NCBI RefSeq assembly: GCF_044704955.1
Contig: NC_091988.1
Coordinates: 112,840,001-112,904,000, forward strand
Source of the DNA: Pristiophorus japonicus
Taxonomy: Eukaryota
Length of the DNA: 64,000 nt
Reading direction: 5' to 3'
Under the pieces are notes generated by a model. The model worked only from the letters and a program-made list of their open reading frames with translations. It was not told the origin of the DNA and searched no databases. Each line of letters begins with the position of its first letter. Position 1 is the stretch's first letter. Position numbers and translations under genes: made by a program. Shown here piece by piece: positions 25,370-38,600 of the stretch.

Positions 25370-26897
25370 GAAGAACATAAGAAATAGGAGTAGTAGACTA
25401 CCTGACCCCTTGAGCCTGCTCCGCCATTCAATAAGATCATGGCTGATCTGATCATGGAATCAGCTCCACTTCCCTGCCGGCTTCCCATAACCCTTCACTC
25501 CCTTATCGCTCAAAAATCTGTCTATCTCCGCCTTAAATATATTCAATGACTCCACAGCTCTCTGGGACAGAGAATTCCATAGATTTACAACCCTGAGAGA
25601 AAAAAATCCCTCCTCATCTCAGTTCTAAATGGGTGACCCCTTATTCTGAAACTATGCCCTGTAGTTCTAGGTTCTCCCACGAGGGGAAACATCCTCTCTG
25701 CATCTACCTTGTCGAGCCCCCTCGGTATCTGATATGTTTCAATAAGATCATCTCTCATTCTTCTAAACTTCAATGAGTATAGGCCTAACCTGCTCAACCT
25801 TTCTTCATAAGTCAACTTCTTCATCTCACGAATCAACCTCGTGAAACTTCTCTGAACTGCCTTCAATACAAGTGTATACCTCTTTAAACGAGGTGACCAA
25901 AACTGTACACAGTACTCGAGGTGTGGCCTCATCAATACTCTGTACAGTTGTAGCAGGACTTCCATGCTTTTATACGCCATCCGCTTTGCAAAAAAGGCCA
26001 ACATTCCATTTGCTTTCCTGTATCTGTATACTAATTTGCTGCACCTGTATACTAACTTTTTGCATTTCATGCACAAGGACCCCCAGGTCCCTCTGTACCG
26101 CAGCATTTTGTAATCTCTCTCCATTTAAATAATAATTTGCTTTTTTATTTTTCCTGCCAAACTGGATAACATCACACTTTCCCACATTATACTCCATCTG
26201 CCAAATGTTTACCCACTCACTTAGCCTGTCTATGTCCCTTTGCAGAGTTTTTGTGTCCTCCTCACAATTTGCTTTCCCACCCATCTTTGTATCATCAGCA
26301 AACTTGGCTACATTACACTCGGTCCCTTTATCCAAGTCATTAATATAGATTGTAAATAGTTGAGGACCCAGTACTGACCCCTGCGGCACCCCACTAGTTA
26401 CCGTTTGCCAACGGGAAATGACCCATTTATCCCCACTTTCTGTTTTCTGTTAGCCAATCCTCTATCCATGCTAATATATTACCCCCAGCCCCGTGAGCTT
26501 TTACCTTGTGCCTTTTATGTGGCACCTTATTGAATGCCTTCTAGAAATCCAAATACACCACATCCATTGGTACCCCATGATCCACCCTGTTTTTTATATC
26601 CTCAAAGAACTCCAGTAAATTTTTCAAACATGATTTCCCTTTCATAAAACCATGCTGACTGCTTGATTGAATTATGCTTTTTCAAATGTTCCGTTACTGC
26701 TTCCTTAATAATGAACTCCAGCATTTTCCCAACTGCAGATGTTCGGATAACTGGTCTATAGTTTCCTGCTTTCTGTCTGATCCTTTCTTAAATAGGGGCG
26801 TTACATTTGCAGTTTTCCGATCTGCTGGGACCTCCCCAGAATCCAGGGAATTTTGGTAGATTACAACCAATACATCCACCATCTCTGCAGCCACTTC
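25370..26897 (-). mobile_element. CR1 family A, 5'-truncated
   Basis: [28 protein letters not shown]; tail at 25370. Confidence 0.92.
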
Positions 26898-26899
26898 TA

Positions 26900-27321
26900 G
26901 AGGGAGAGAATCGGCGGCGGTGGAAGAGATCGCGGTGTCGGGAGTCCGGAGGATTTTACAGTGGAGCGGTCGGGGATATTGGGGCTAGCTGGCTGGCTAC
27001 TGAGAGTGCAGCAGAGAGATCTGGGTTGCGGGGGGGGGGGGGGGGGGGGAGCGGTGGACCGCAGGGTCAGGCCAGCGATCGGAGTTCATGAAAGTTGTAA
27101 AAATTACGCTTAATGTCGGCAATAAAGTGTGTAGTTGGTCGCTATGGCACAGAAATTAAGACATGGTCTGTTTTTGACCAATGATTGGCACCCAATGAAG
27201 TAAAAACGGTTTGTATAGCATTGCTCCCCTTATAACACGTGACCGCCCCACGTCTGGCAAAATCCCTTATTCGGCAAAGGCCAGGTCCCAAGGGTGACGG
27301 ATAAAGGAGGTTCAACCTGTA
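26900..27321. mobile_element. Partial Tc1/mariner (Tigger-like) non-autonomous element
   Basis: Right end ...CGGATAAAGGAGGTTCAACCTG-TA resembles the TIRs of the MITEs at 43087 and 43629; partner TIR not seen. Confidence 0.4.
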
Positions 27322-27361
27322 TCCCCTTTGAGTGATTCATGTAAGAAAAGCTGAAACCTGC

Positions 27362-27492
27362 AGCGGTTTGCTCCAGTGTGAAGCACTGATTGGCTGAGCT
27401 GGAACTTGTAGCGGTTTGCTCCAGTGTAAAGCATTGATTGGCTGAGCTGGAACTTGTAGCGGTTTGCTCCAGTGTGAAGCACTGATTGGCTG
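27362..27492. repeat. 48-bp tandem repeat, about 3 copies
   Basis: GCGGTTTGCTCCAGTGT(G/A)AAGCA(C/T)TGATTGGCTGAGCTGGAACTTGTA. Confidence 0.9.
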
Positions 27493-28364
27493 TCAGGTGG
27501 TCTGGAAGACTGCCCCATGTGGCCAAGGTTGGAAAGCGCAGTGGTATTGAACCGGTGAGTCTGATTAACCAGCCTGGAGTGCAGCCTGCTCAAACTCTAG
27601 GTTTGAATTCAAACACACATGTAAGCATTTTATCATGGGGTCACAGCACACTCAGAGTCGCACAGTATTCTGTCTACTTGTGTACAAGGACATCGCTGTG
27701 TGATCAGCATGGTGTAGCATTTTTCCTTCACCCGGCATCGGACTTCTGTATGCCAAACTGACGGAAGGGAAAGTGAAATGAGGTAGTATGAATTCTGCCA
27801 TTCCACACTCCTGAGGGGTGAGCAGTGATTTATAACAAGCTCCCAGGCATTGTTGTGATCCTGCCAAATAGCAGAGGCATTGAAATGGAGGAAGAATAAG
27901 TCTCCTCTAGGTCCTCTCCCTCCAGCTGTTCAATTCGGACTTATTACCACTGCTACCCATGGCCTACTAGCACATCCCATCATATGGTCTCTGGGACCGA
28001 TGGGAACGGAGTGGATGGGTAGGAAATGGATCAGCAAATCAGGTCTTGTTCCTCCGCCAGCAATCATGCACAGCAGGCAGGGAGGGGAAGGTAGTGGGGC
28101 TGGAGAGGCAGCAATAGGCTTCACTGGCCCATTTTTCATCCAATTCTGTTGCTACCCCACCCCACTTTGGTGCCCCTTAGTGGCTCACTTTCCATCCCCT
28201 CACCCAATAACATGTTTCCATTATCCTTCCACCCACTGTCAATTGCTCCCCACCCCCCCGCTCCCCCAAAGGTCAGGTAGCGAGAAGGCCAGAAGCTATT
28301 TCACCGTCAAACAGTTTTCCTCCTCCCCTCCTAAAAGTTTCCCTCAAAAAGGCTTTGTTTGCTT

Positions 28365-28870
28365 TCATACGTATCCTGGGCTTCATAAATAGAGGGATAG
28401 AGTACAAAAGCACGGACATTATGATGAACCTGTATAAAACACTGGTTCGACCACAACTGGAGTATGGTGTCCAATTCTGGGCACCACACTTTAGGAAGGA
28501 TGCGAAGTCCTTAAGAGAGGATGCAGAAAAGATTTACAAGAATGGTTCCAGGGATGAGGGACTTCAGTTACCTGGATAGACTGGAGAAGCTGGGGTTGTT
28601 CTCCTTAGAGCAGAGAGGGTTGAGAGGAGATTTGATCGAGGTGTTCAAACTCCTGAGGGGTCTGGACAGAGTAGATAGAGAGAGACTGTTCCCATTGGCA
28701 GAAGGATCAAGAACCAGAGGACACAGTTTAAGGCGATTAGCAAAAGAACCAAAAGCGACATGAGAAAAAACTTTTTACGCAGCGAGCGGTTAGGATCTGG
28801 AATTCGCTGCAGAAAGGGTGATGGAGGCAGATTCAATCGTGGCTTTCAAAAAGGAATTGGCTAAGTACCT
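28365..28870 (+). mobile_element. CR1 3' fragment
   Basis: LYKTLVRPQLEY..QFWAPH, LFSLEQRGLRGD. Confidence 0.85.
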
Positions 28871-29254
28871 GTCCTTTTCCAAATACTGCGAATGAAAAGG
28901 ACCGGTCTACAAAACAGAGGGGCCAACCGGCTGGCACCAGCGGAATTTCACCATAACTGCCCGCTGGCTGTTTCCAAACCAGCTAGGGGTCAAAGTTCGC
29001 CAGTCCATAACTCTAGATCTGGTCTTTCCCCACATTGCACTGCCAAATTTATTTTCCTGCCGAATGTGAAATCTGCCCTTTGTGAACTTCCAACGATATC
29101 TCGGATTTCTGTGCGGTATTCTTTCAGTACTGACTGCCAGTCCCCATGGCGTTCCTTACTCTGGGGGCTGGCAGTCAGAACACTGCTGTGAAGATACGCT
29201 GGCACTCTTTTACTGTAATGAATTAGCAGCTTCCTTAGAGATGTTTTACAATTA

Positions 29255-30730
29255 CATAGAATATACAGCACAGAAACAGGCCCTTCAGCCCAACCAGTCC
29301 ATGCTACCGTTTATGCTCTACTCGAGCCTCCTCCCATCCTTCCTCATCTAACTCTATCAACATAACCTTCTATTCCCATCTCCCTCGTATGCTTATCTAG
29401 CTTCCCCTTAAATGCATCGATACTATTTGCCGCAAACACTCGCTGTGGTAACGAGTTCCATATTCGCATCACTCTCTGGGGTAAAGACGTTTCTTCTGAA
29501 TTCCCCATTTGATTTCTTATATTGATGGCCTCTAGTCTTGCTCTTCCCCAGCAGTGGAAACACTCTCTCTGTCTACTCTATCAAAACATTTCATAATTTT
29601 AAAGACCTCTATTAGGTCACTCCTCAGCCTTCTCTTTTCTAGAGAAAAGTGACTCAGTCTGTTCACCCTTTCCTGATAGATATAATCTCGCAGTTCTGGT
29701 GTCTTCCTTGTAAATCTTTTTTGCATCCTCTCCAGTGCCTCTATAATATGACGACCAGAACTGTACATAGTAGGTTAAGTGTGGCCTAACCAAGGTTCAA
29801 TGCAAATTTAGCATAACATCACTACTTTTCAATTCTATCCCTCTAGTAATAAACCCTAGTGCTTGTTTTTTTTTAATGGCCTTATTAACCTGCGTCGCTA
29901 CTTTTAGTGGTTTGTGTATTTGTATTCCCGGATCCCTTTGCTCTACTATCCCATTTAGATTCTTATTTTCTAAGTAATATGTGACTTCCTTATTTTTCTT
30001 ACCAAAATGTAATACTTCACACTTAGCAATGCTGTAATTCCTTTGCCAATTATATGACCATTCTGCAAGTTTATTAATGTCTTCTCGTAATTTTTTGCAG
30101 TCCACCTCAGTATTGTCTCCTTTCCCCCAATGTGGTGGTGGTCGCAAATTTACAAATTGTGTTTTTGATTCCATATTGTTACTATAAATTGTGAACAACA
30201 GTGGTCCCAGTGCTGATCCTTGTTGGATCCGACGACTTTCCACCTTCTGCCACTGTAATTAATTACCCTTTACTCCTACATTACTCCCTACCTCCTCGCC
30301 TGCAGCCAGCTAGCTATCCATTCTGCTACTTGTCCCCTGACTCTGCATCCTCCGACCTTATTCATTAGTCTATTATGTGGTACCTTATCAAAGGCCTTTT
30401 GGAAATCTAGGTATATTACATCAACTGCATTACCCTTGTCCACTCTCTTTGTTACCTCTTCAAAGAATTCAATGATGATGTTCAAGTCAGACTTTCCCTT
30501 TTGAAATCCCTGCTAACTATTCATTACTACATTTTTGGTTTCCAGATGTTTTTCTCTTTTTCCTTCAGTAGGGATTCCAGTATTTTTCCGACCACTGATG
30601 TTAATCTGGTCTATAGTTCCCGGGACTTGGCTCTATCTCCCTTCTTAAATATAGGTATAACGTTAGCTGTCCACCAGTCCTCCAGCACTGCACTTTTTTC
30701 TAACAAATTATTAAATATGCTTAATAGTTT
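29255..30730 (-). mobile_element. CR1 RT and 3' fragment
   Basis: DVIYLDFQKAFDKVPH, QGSALGPLLF. Confidence 0.85.
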
Positions 30731-31009
30731 TTTGTTCCAGTAGTTCACACACACACATACATGCGTTCACATCCCACTGAAATTTGCCTTCCTCCAATTA
30801 AGTATTTTTACTCTAGATTGCTCCATGTCCTTTTCAATAGCTAATCTAAACCTTATACTATGATCACTGTTCCCTAAATATTCCCCTACTGACACTTGCT
30901 CCACTTGACCTACCTCATACCCCATTAAATAGTCGAAGTCCCGCATTAGCCAATACATAAAAACATATATACACACATACCAGACCAGCAACTATTCACT
31001 GACCACACA

Positions 31010-32790
31010 CCATCAAAGAAATTACAGAGAGATGCAAGAACTATAGAGTAGTGATAATGGGGGACTTCAATTATTCTAATATAGACTGGGACAATAATAG
31101 TGCAAAAGGGCAGAGAGGGAGAAGAATTACTGAAGTGTGTTCAGGAGAACTTTCTTGATCAGTGTGTTTCTGGCCCAATGAGGGAGGAGGCATTGCTGGA
31201 TCTGGTTCTGGGGAATGAGGGGGTCAAGTAGAGCAAGTGTCAGTAGGGGAACATTTAGGGAACAGTGATCATAGTATCATTTAGATTAGCTATGGAAAAG
31301 GACTGGGAGCAATCTAGAGTAAAAATACTTAATTGGAGGAAGGCCAATTTCAGTGAGATGAGAACGGATCTGGCCCGGGTAAATATGAATCAAAGATTGG
31401 CAGGCAAAACTGTAGTGGAACAATGGCTGCCTTTAAAGAGGAAATAGTTCAGAAAAGTCGAGGTACATTCCCACTAGCAGGAAAAGCAGGGCAACCAAAG
31501 TCAGAGCTCCCTAGATGACGAAAGAAATAGAGAGTAACATGAAGCCGAAAAAGAGCGCGTATGAGAGATGTCAGGTTGCGAATACATCTGAGAATCAGGT
31601 CAAATATAAAAAGATCAGAGGAGAAGTGAAAACAAAAATAAAAGGGGCAAAGAGAGGGTATGAGAATAGAATGCATCTAACATAAAAGGGAATGCAAAAG
31701 TCTTCTATAGGCATATAAATAGCAAACGGGTAGTAAGAGGAGGGCTGGGGCTGACCTACGCATGGAGGCAGAGGGTGTGGCTGAGGTACTAAATGAGTAC
31801 TTTGCATCTATCTTCACCAAAGAAAAAAATGCTGCCATAGACATAGTAATACAGGATAGGATAAGAATTGATAAAGACATGGTACTAGAAAGGTTGACTG
31901 TACTTAAAGTAGATAAGTCACCAGGACTAGATGAGAGGAGGCAACAGTGAGGAGGATAGTGATAGACTTCAAGAGGACATAGAGAGACTGGTGGAATGGG
32001 CGGACATGTGGCAGATGAAATTTAACGCAGAAAAGTGCAAAGTGATCCATTTTGGTAGAAAGAATGAGGAGAGGAAATATAAACTAAAGGGTATAATCCT
32101 AAAGTGGGTGCATGAACAGAGAGACCTGGGGGTATACGTGCACAAATCGGTGAAGGTGGCAGGGTAAGTTGAAAAAGCTTAAGAGATCCAAGGCTTCATG
32201 AATAGAGGTAGAGTACAAATTATGAGGTAGAGTACAAGCGTAGAAATTATGCTAAAACACTGGTTCGGCCTCAACTGGAGTATTGTGTCCAATTCTGGGC
32301 ACCACACTTGAGGAAGGATGTGAAGGCCTTAGAGAGGGTGCAGAAAAGATTTACGAGAATGGTTCCAGGGATGAAGGACTTCAGTTACGTGGATAGACTG
32401 GGGTTGTTCTCCTTAGAACAGAGAAAGTTGAGAGGAGATTTGATTGAGATGGACAGAGTAGATAGAGATAAACTGTTCCCATTGGCAGAAGGGTCGAGAA
32501 CCAGAGGACACAGATTTAAGGTGACTGGCAAAAGAACCAAAGGCGACATAACAAAAAAAATTTTTATACAGCGAGTGGTTAGGATCTGGAATGCACTGCC
32601 TGAAAGAGTGGTGGAGGCAGACTCAATCATGGCTTTCGAAAGGAGGTTGGATAAGAACCTGAAAGAAAAAAATTTGCAGAGCTACAGGGAAAGGGCGGGG
32701 GGTTGGGACTAGCTGAGGTGCTCTTGCAGAGAACCGGCACGGGCTTGACGGGCCGAAAGGCCATCTTGCGAGCTGTAACCATTCAATGAT
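31010..32790 (+). mobile_element. CR1 with endonuclease end and 3' end, RT core deleted (junction ~31932)
   Basis: MGDFN..IDW, LDLVL, GNSDH; KSPGLD jumps directly to SEEDSDRLQEDI. Confidence 0.85.
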
Positions 32791-33425
32791 TGTGCAGAGG
32801 TGTATTTTGTGAATCATGCTCCCCATTTTCAGGCATCTCACTGAATTTTAAGAGTGTAAAATGCTATAGATGCAGCCATTTCCAGGACAGTTTTACCTTT
32901 TTTCTCAAAAAGAATTCTTAAGTTACTGATTACCCCATCATATTGTTAAAACAGAAAACTATCCATTTATCGCAGCTTTTAAAATTAGCTCCTGGACCAA
33001 GCAGGAAGAGGAGAGATTTCCCACACACAGACCATTACTTTATGTCTGGAACGAGAGTGCAGCAGGCTAGGGGAGCTGGAGAATCATCTTTTCTGTTGTA
33101 CAACTTCTCCAGCTCTTTATCAAGTTAGAAACTAGCAGGATACTGAAAGTGACAAAGCACAGGGTGAACACAAGGCGCCCTGTGCTTATCGGGATATTGG
33201 ATTTCGCTTGAGCCATTAATAAATTTAGTTTAGTACCCTGCTTTCATACATTAAGTTCTTTCTCTATGATATCGTGAAATGGACTTTTAATGATTCTTAA
33301 TCACTCAAATATTTGTCACAGCTATGGCTAATTAATTAATTGCATCCATCATGTTGCAGCAGCAATGGAACTTCAAGACACGGGCACGTCATGTCAGAGT
33401 AATAAAACTCAGTTCTACATGCATC

Positions 33426-33741
33426 TGACAGGCTCATTTAGACAGACTGTGAAAATTCACAGACCCCCAAGTCAAGGCTGCTCCATGCAGTTCGGCATGT
33501 TGCATTAACTCATCAATCAACTTGACATTTTCGGACCTTGGGTAGTGAGCCAATAAGGTCAAAGAAGGCGAGTTCTTTTCTGTAAATTGATCCAGGTATA
33601 AAATACAGCCATTTTGGCCATGTGGTTTCAGTAAGACAAAGAAACTGGCAAACAGCCAGCAGCTTGTTACTCTCTGCCAAGATTAAAAAGTTAAAACTAC
33701 CATCGGAGTTCATATTTCATTGGAAATTAAGAGATCTAACA
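33426..33741 (+). repeat. 5' LTR
   Basis: TG...CA ends, CCAAT (~33550), TATAAAA (~33597), ATTAAA (~33682). About 11 substitutions plus one 13-nt indel relative to the 3' LTR. Confidence 0.93.
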
Positions 33742-33745
33742 ATGT

Positions 33746-33763
33746 TGGCGCTGCGAGCAGGGT
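33746..33763 (+). promoter_or_regulatory. Primer binding site, tRNA-Ser type; candidate major splice donor GAG|GTAAG follows at 33810/33811
   Basis: TGGCGCTGCGAGCAGGGT lies just after the 5' LTR. It is complementary, with about one mismatch from memory, to the 3' end of vertebrate tRNA-Ser(UGA) ...ACCCTGCTCGCTGCGCCA. Confidence 0.8.
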
Positions 33764-34027
33764 CGCTGAGGAAAGAAACTGAATTTTGGACATCGGACCT
33801 ACATATTGAGGTAAGGACACCTCTCTTTTTAAAAAAAAGTCCTCAGTCAAAAGTCTAAATTCGCCTCTCCTTCTACGCGATTCCGAAAGCCTCCGGTTTG
33901 CGAACCCTCTGGTTGGTAGTCGGCTCGCGGTCCCATAGATGTCTAAACTTCGGCAGTGTGTTAGTTAATTAATCAAATAACCTATTGATCGGCTAGCAAG
34001 CCGACGACTCGAGACCCTAGTAAAAAA

Positions 34028-35619
34028 ATGGCAGCAGGAGACAAGAACAAAGAATTGCCTACAACTGTTAAAGGTGGGCAGGCACCACCTGAAGTTTCGC
34101 TAGATTTAATTCTCGAACAGTTGAAAGAATACATAGAGCAACAATTCAACTTATCTAAAACCTGTATTAAGATCGAACAAAAGTACGGAACCTCCAAAGC
34201 ACAATGGTCCTTGGACGAGATTAAAAGGGCCTGGGGAAAAACGACCCGTATGAAAAATAAAGAGCGAACTAGATGGTCCCTCGCGGTTATGGGCCAGATC
34301 CGAAACCGGAATGAAATTATAATGCGTTCCCAACATGATTGAGAACTGACCAGTACAAAGGATCAATTGCAAGCAGTTTGTGCACAGCTGCGACAGAAAA
34401 AGCTTGAACTTGAAAAGCTGGAAGCGGAAGTTAAAGATGAAATTAAAGAATGGAAAAAATCATTAGGTCAAGAGACAGTAATAGGAAAAGGAAAATGTAT
34501 TGATCAATTCCCAGGGTACCCATGTTTGGATAAATTAAAAGCGCAAACCCGAAGACACGACACGACCGAGGAATAGATACGGTTTCTGAAACCTCCGACA
34601 ATACAGTGTCGGAGGATGAAGAAGAATTAGGGGTGCGCTTTGCCCCGTTTTAAAAAGGAGGAGTTGTAGTCAAATCAGAAGAGACTGCGGATGAGGGTGG
34701 AACGAAAAAAACAAAGAGAAGGGTGTATGCAGAATACTGAGTTCATGCTCCGGCAGACCCAGAGAAAATTGATAAATGGTCCAAGGAATTGCCCAATCCA
34801 AAGAAAGGGGGAGTAAAAACGTGGGACCAATTGGACAGCTTAAGAAATATATATCAACTTCATCCCTGGGACAGAGTGCAAATTTTGACCATAATGGTGC
34901 CAAAAACACACGGAAGAAAATTGCACGACAAGGTAGATGAAGCTTTGGGGCAGAATGAGCAAGAATTAGACGCAGGATGGGAGGCGATTAAACACTGGCT
35001 GCAAGCCTTCAGTCCAGCGAAGACAGACTGGGGAAAAATTGCAGCTTGCCAACAGAAAGGAACAGAGGAGGTCCTGGAGTATGACGAGCGGTTTAGATGC
35101 ACGTGGCTAGAACATTCGGGTATGAATAATACGGATGAGGAAATGGATGAACAAGCGTTTGGACCCCTGAAAGCAGCTTTCGTGGCAGGTCTAAAGCCAG
35201 AACTGTCCAAAATGTTTAAGGTAGTGTTACCGGACTGGAAAGGTAGAGGAACTACCTTTGCAGCATTGGTGGATCGATGTAACCAATTAGATCGGGATAT
35301 GGGAGCTAAAGTCCGAGCTGTACAGGCTATGAGATGGAAATCCCAGGATTCCGATAAACAGTCATTAGGAAAATTACCCGGAAAATGTCATTATTGTGGG
35401 AAAGAAGGTCACTGGGCCAAGACGTGCAGGGCAAAACAGCAAGGTCGTGGCTGGGGAAGAGGACGCAGCCAGGGATACAATTCAGCCAACAAGCCAGGCT
35501 TGTCACAAGATAACGACCTCATAGAAGCATTTAAGCGACTGACAATACAACAACAGAAGGAGTTACTTGGGATAACAAAAAACGTTAAGAGTCCACCCTG
35601 GCCCCTCTCCTCGCACTAA
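34028..35619 (+). pseudogene. gag: ERV gag, disrupted by stops and frameshifts
   Basis: ORF pieces 34028-34342, 34367-34576 and 34789-35619. MHR-like QQKGTEEVLEYDERF and zinc knuckle CHYCGKEGHWAKTC. Confidence 0.88.
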
Positions 35620-38600
35620 TACAACAGAGGGGAGATGGGCTATATATAACTGTGAGGGTGGGCGATAAGGATGTGGACTGTCTTTTAGACACAGGGGCGG
35701 AATTAACATGCTTATCCCGACAATATGGAGACTTTTTGCCGTTGGATGTTAGGGCACGTACAGCGTATGGAGTTGGGGGCCATAAAATGGAAATTAAAAG
35801 GACAACACCAGTACTTATAGGGCTGGGTCCACATGAACTAACCACGCCGGTCTGGATAGGCCCAGTAGATCAACCCCTTTTGGGAATGGACGTTCTAATC
35901 CAAGTAGATTCATCGTTGCATTTCGAGGATGGTCGGGTGACATGGTCAATTAGAACTTTGAAGAAAGAAGAATTGAAGGAACACCCGATATGGGCTAAAG
36001 ATAAGAACGATTGTGGCCTACTCCAGATAGAGCCTACGTCATTTACCGGGACCAAGCCTCCATGCACTAAACAGTATCCCATTAGTCCAACTGCCATCGC
36101 GGGAATCTTACCGGTTATTCAGTAATTGGAGAAACAAAGGGTGCTTATTAAAACACATAGCTCCTCCAATAGCCCCGTGTGGCCGGTACAGAAATCTAAT
36201 GAGACTTGGCGTTTGACTGTCGATTATAGGAAAGCTAACCAGTGTATTGATCAAAAAGCTCCTTTGGTCGCAGATACCTCCACCATTTTTAATGCCCTCA
36301 AACCGGAACATAAATATTTCTCGGTTATAGATATGGCCAACGGATTTTGGTCGGTGCCTCTGGCACCGGAGGTTCGACAGTGGTTTGCTTTCACTGTCCA
36401 AGGACAACAGTATACTTGGACCCGGTTACCGCAGGGTTTCCACAACAGCCCTACAGTATTCCACATGGCTTTACAAAGCCATTTGCGAGAATTACCTCCC
36501 CTGTCATCCACAGTCATCCAATATGTAGACGATATCCTGCTAGCTTCAAACACGGAAGAACAGCATGAACAAGATTTACGAGCTTTGCTGGATCACCTTC
36601 GGCTGAAAGGACATAAAGCCAGCATCGACAAAGCACAAATATCCCAAGAAGAGGTTGTATACCTGGGACAAAAGATTTCACAAGGAAAGAGAGAACTTAC
36701 CCAGGATAGAACTGCAGCCATTCGGGCTGCTAAAAAACCCACCACTATTCAGGAACTAAGGTCTTTTTTGGGATTGTGTAACTTTAACAGAAATTGAATT
36801 GACTCCTTCACACAGCTTGCTCAGCCACTGAATGATATTTTAAAGGGGAAATGTGCCTCTAAAGAAGCCATCACCCTCACTAAAGAACAGCAAGAGGCCT
36901 TCCTGAGTTTGAAAAAGGCTTTGTGTTCGGCACCGGCTCTGGGAATCCCCGACAGTGGTAAGCCATTTACCCTGTTTGTCCATGAGAAAGAAGGATATAT
37001 GACAGCTATACTGACACAAGAACATGGGGATCGGCAAAGACCTATTGGCTATTATTCGGCAAAACTGGATGCGGTAGCCCTCGGATGGGGAAGTTGCCTA
37101 AGGGCCATGGAAGCTACATGTCGAGCGGTAATGATCACTGCGGGTCTAGTCCTCGACCAAAAGCTGATTGTCAAGTGTCCCCACACCGTACACGCTTTGC
37201 TGTCTATGAATAGAATGTCTCAGGTGACAGCAGCAAGATGGACCCGCTGGACAGCAGTTTTGGAAGCTCCTAATCTCCATATCGTCCGGGCCAGCCCAGT
37301 TAATCCTGCAACTATGCTCCCGATGTCAGAATCGAGGGAGCAAGAGGGGGGAGAATGTGAAGAGCATGACTGCGTGGAGATTTTAAAAGAAACAGAAGAA
37401 GCAGCCTTAGCAGCAGAGGAGCCTCTGCACAACCCAGACCTCATCCTGTTTACAGATGGTTCCTCCTTTGTTGACAATGGTACCAGAAAAGCAGGATGGG
37501 CAGTTACAACCTTATATGAGGTAGTGGCAAAAGGATGTTTACCCTCAGGAACGTCAGCACAACAGGCCGAGTTACGGGCCCTGTCAGAAGCATGTCGAAT
37601 AGCAGAAGGACAGACAGCTAATGTCGACACAGATTCGTGTTATGCTTTTGGAGTCGCTCACGACTTTGGTCTGTTATGGCGGAAAAGAGGATTCCTCACT
37701 GCTGCTGGTACACCTATCCGAAATGGAAAAGAAGTCCGAGACTTACTGGAGGCCATACAATTACCTCAGGAAGTGTCCACCCTGAAGTGTAAGGCCCATA
37801 CCAAGGAAAATACCACAGAAGCACAGGGACATGCCCTACCCGACCAGGCAGCTAAAGATGCCGCCTCACAGGGCGTTCCTCCAGAAGAACCAACACAGAT
37901 GTGCAGATTGAAAGCATTCAGGACTCTGACACGAGACCTTCAAACAATGCAAGGCGCGTGCTCCCGAGAGGAAAAATGGACATGGATCGAGGCAGGAATT
38001 AAGCTATGCGAAGATGGTGTCTGGAGACAAAGAGTTACCGACAAGCCAGTCGCGCCACAAGCGCTTGTGCCTTTTTTAGCCCAACAGATCCACTCGTGGG
38101 GACACTTGGCCTCACAACAGATGACGGCACGGTTCCAGAAAAGCTGGTGGGGTCGGGGATTTAAAAAACATGCCCAGCTGGTAGCAGACCGCTGTGTAGT
38201 CTGCCAGAAAAATAATTCTGGACCAATCACGGTAATGCCCCAACTGAGGCCCCCTGCCCGTGTCGGACCATTCCAGCATCTGCAGGTTGATTATTTCTCT
38301 CTTCCTTCATGCCAAGGATACACTAACATTCTTGTCATGGTCGACAGATTCTCTAGATGGGTAGAAGCTGTCCCAACTAAAAGAGCCACAGCCAATCACA
38401 CTGCAAAGGTCTTGTGTAAGGATTACATTCCCCGATGGGGAGTCCCGAGTAGCATTGACTCAGATCAGGGAACACACTTCACAGGTGCTGTCTGCCAAGA
38501 AGTCTGTAGGTTATTGAACATTACGTGGGATTTACACTGTCCTTATCATCCACAATCGTCAGGACAAGTAGAGCGAATGAATCGAACTCTGAAACAACAG

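Noticed and set aside
27880-28392. 170-aa plus-strand ORF (likewise 53931-54657 and 46057-46494)
   Set aside because: No recognisable domain or splice support and no LRR pattern for AMIGO3; within chance expectation.
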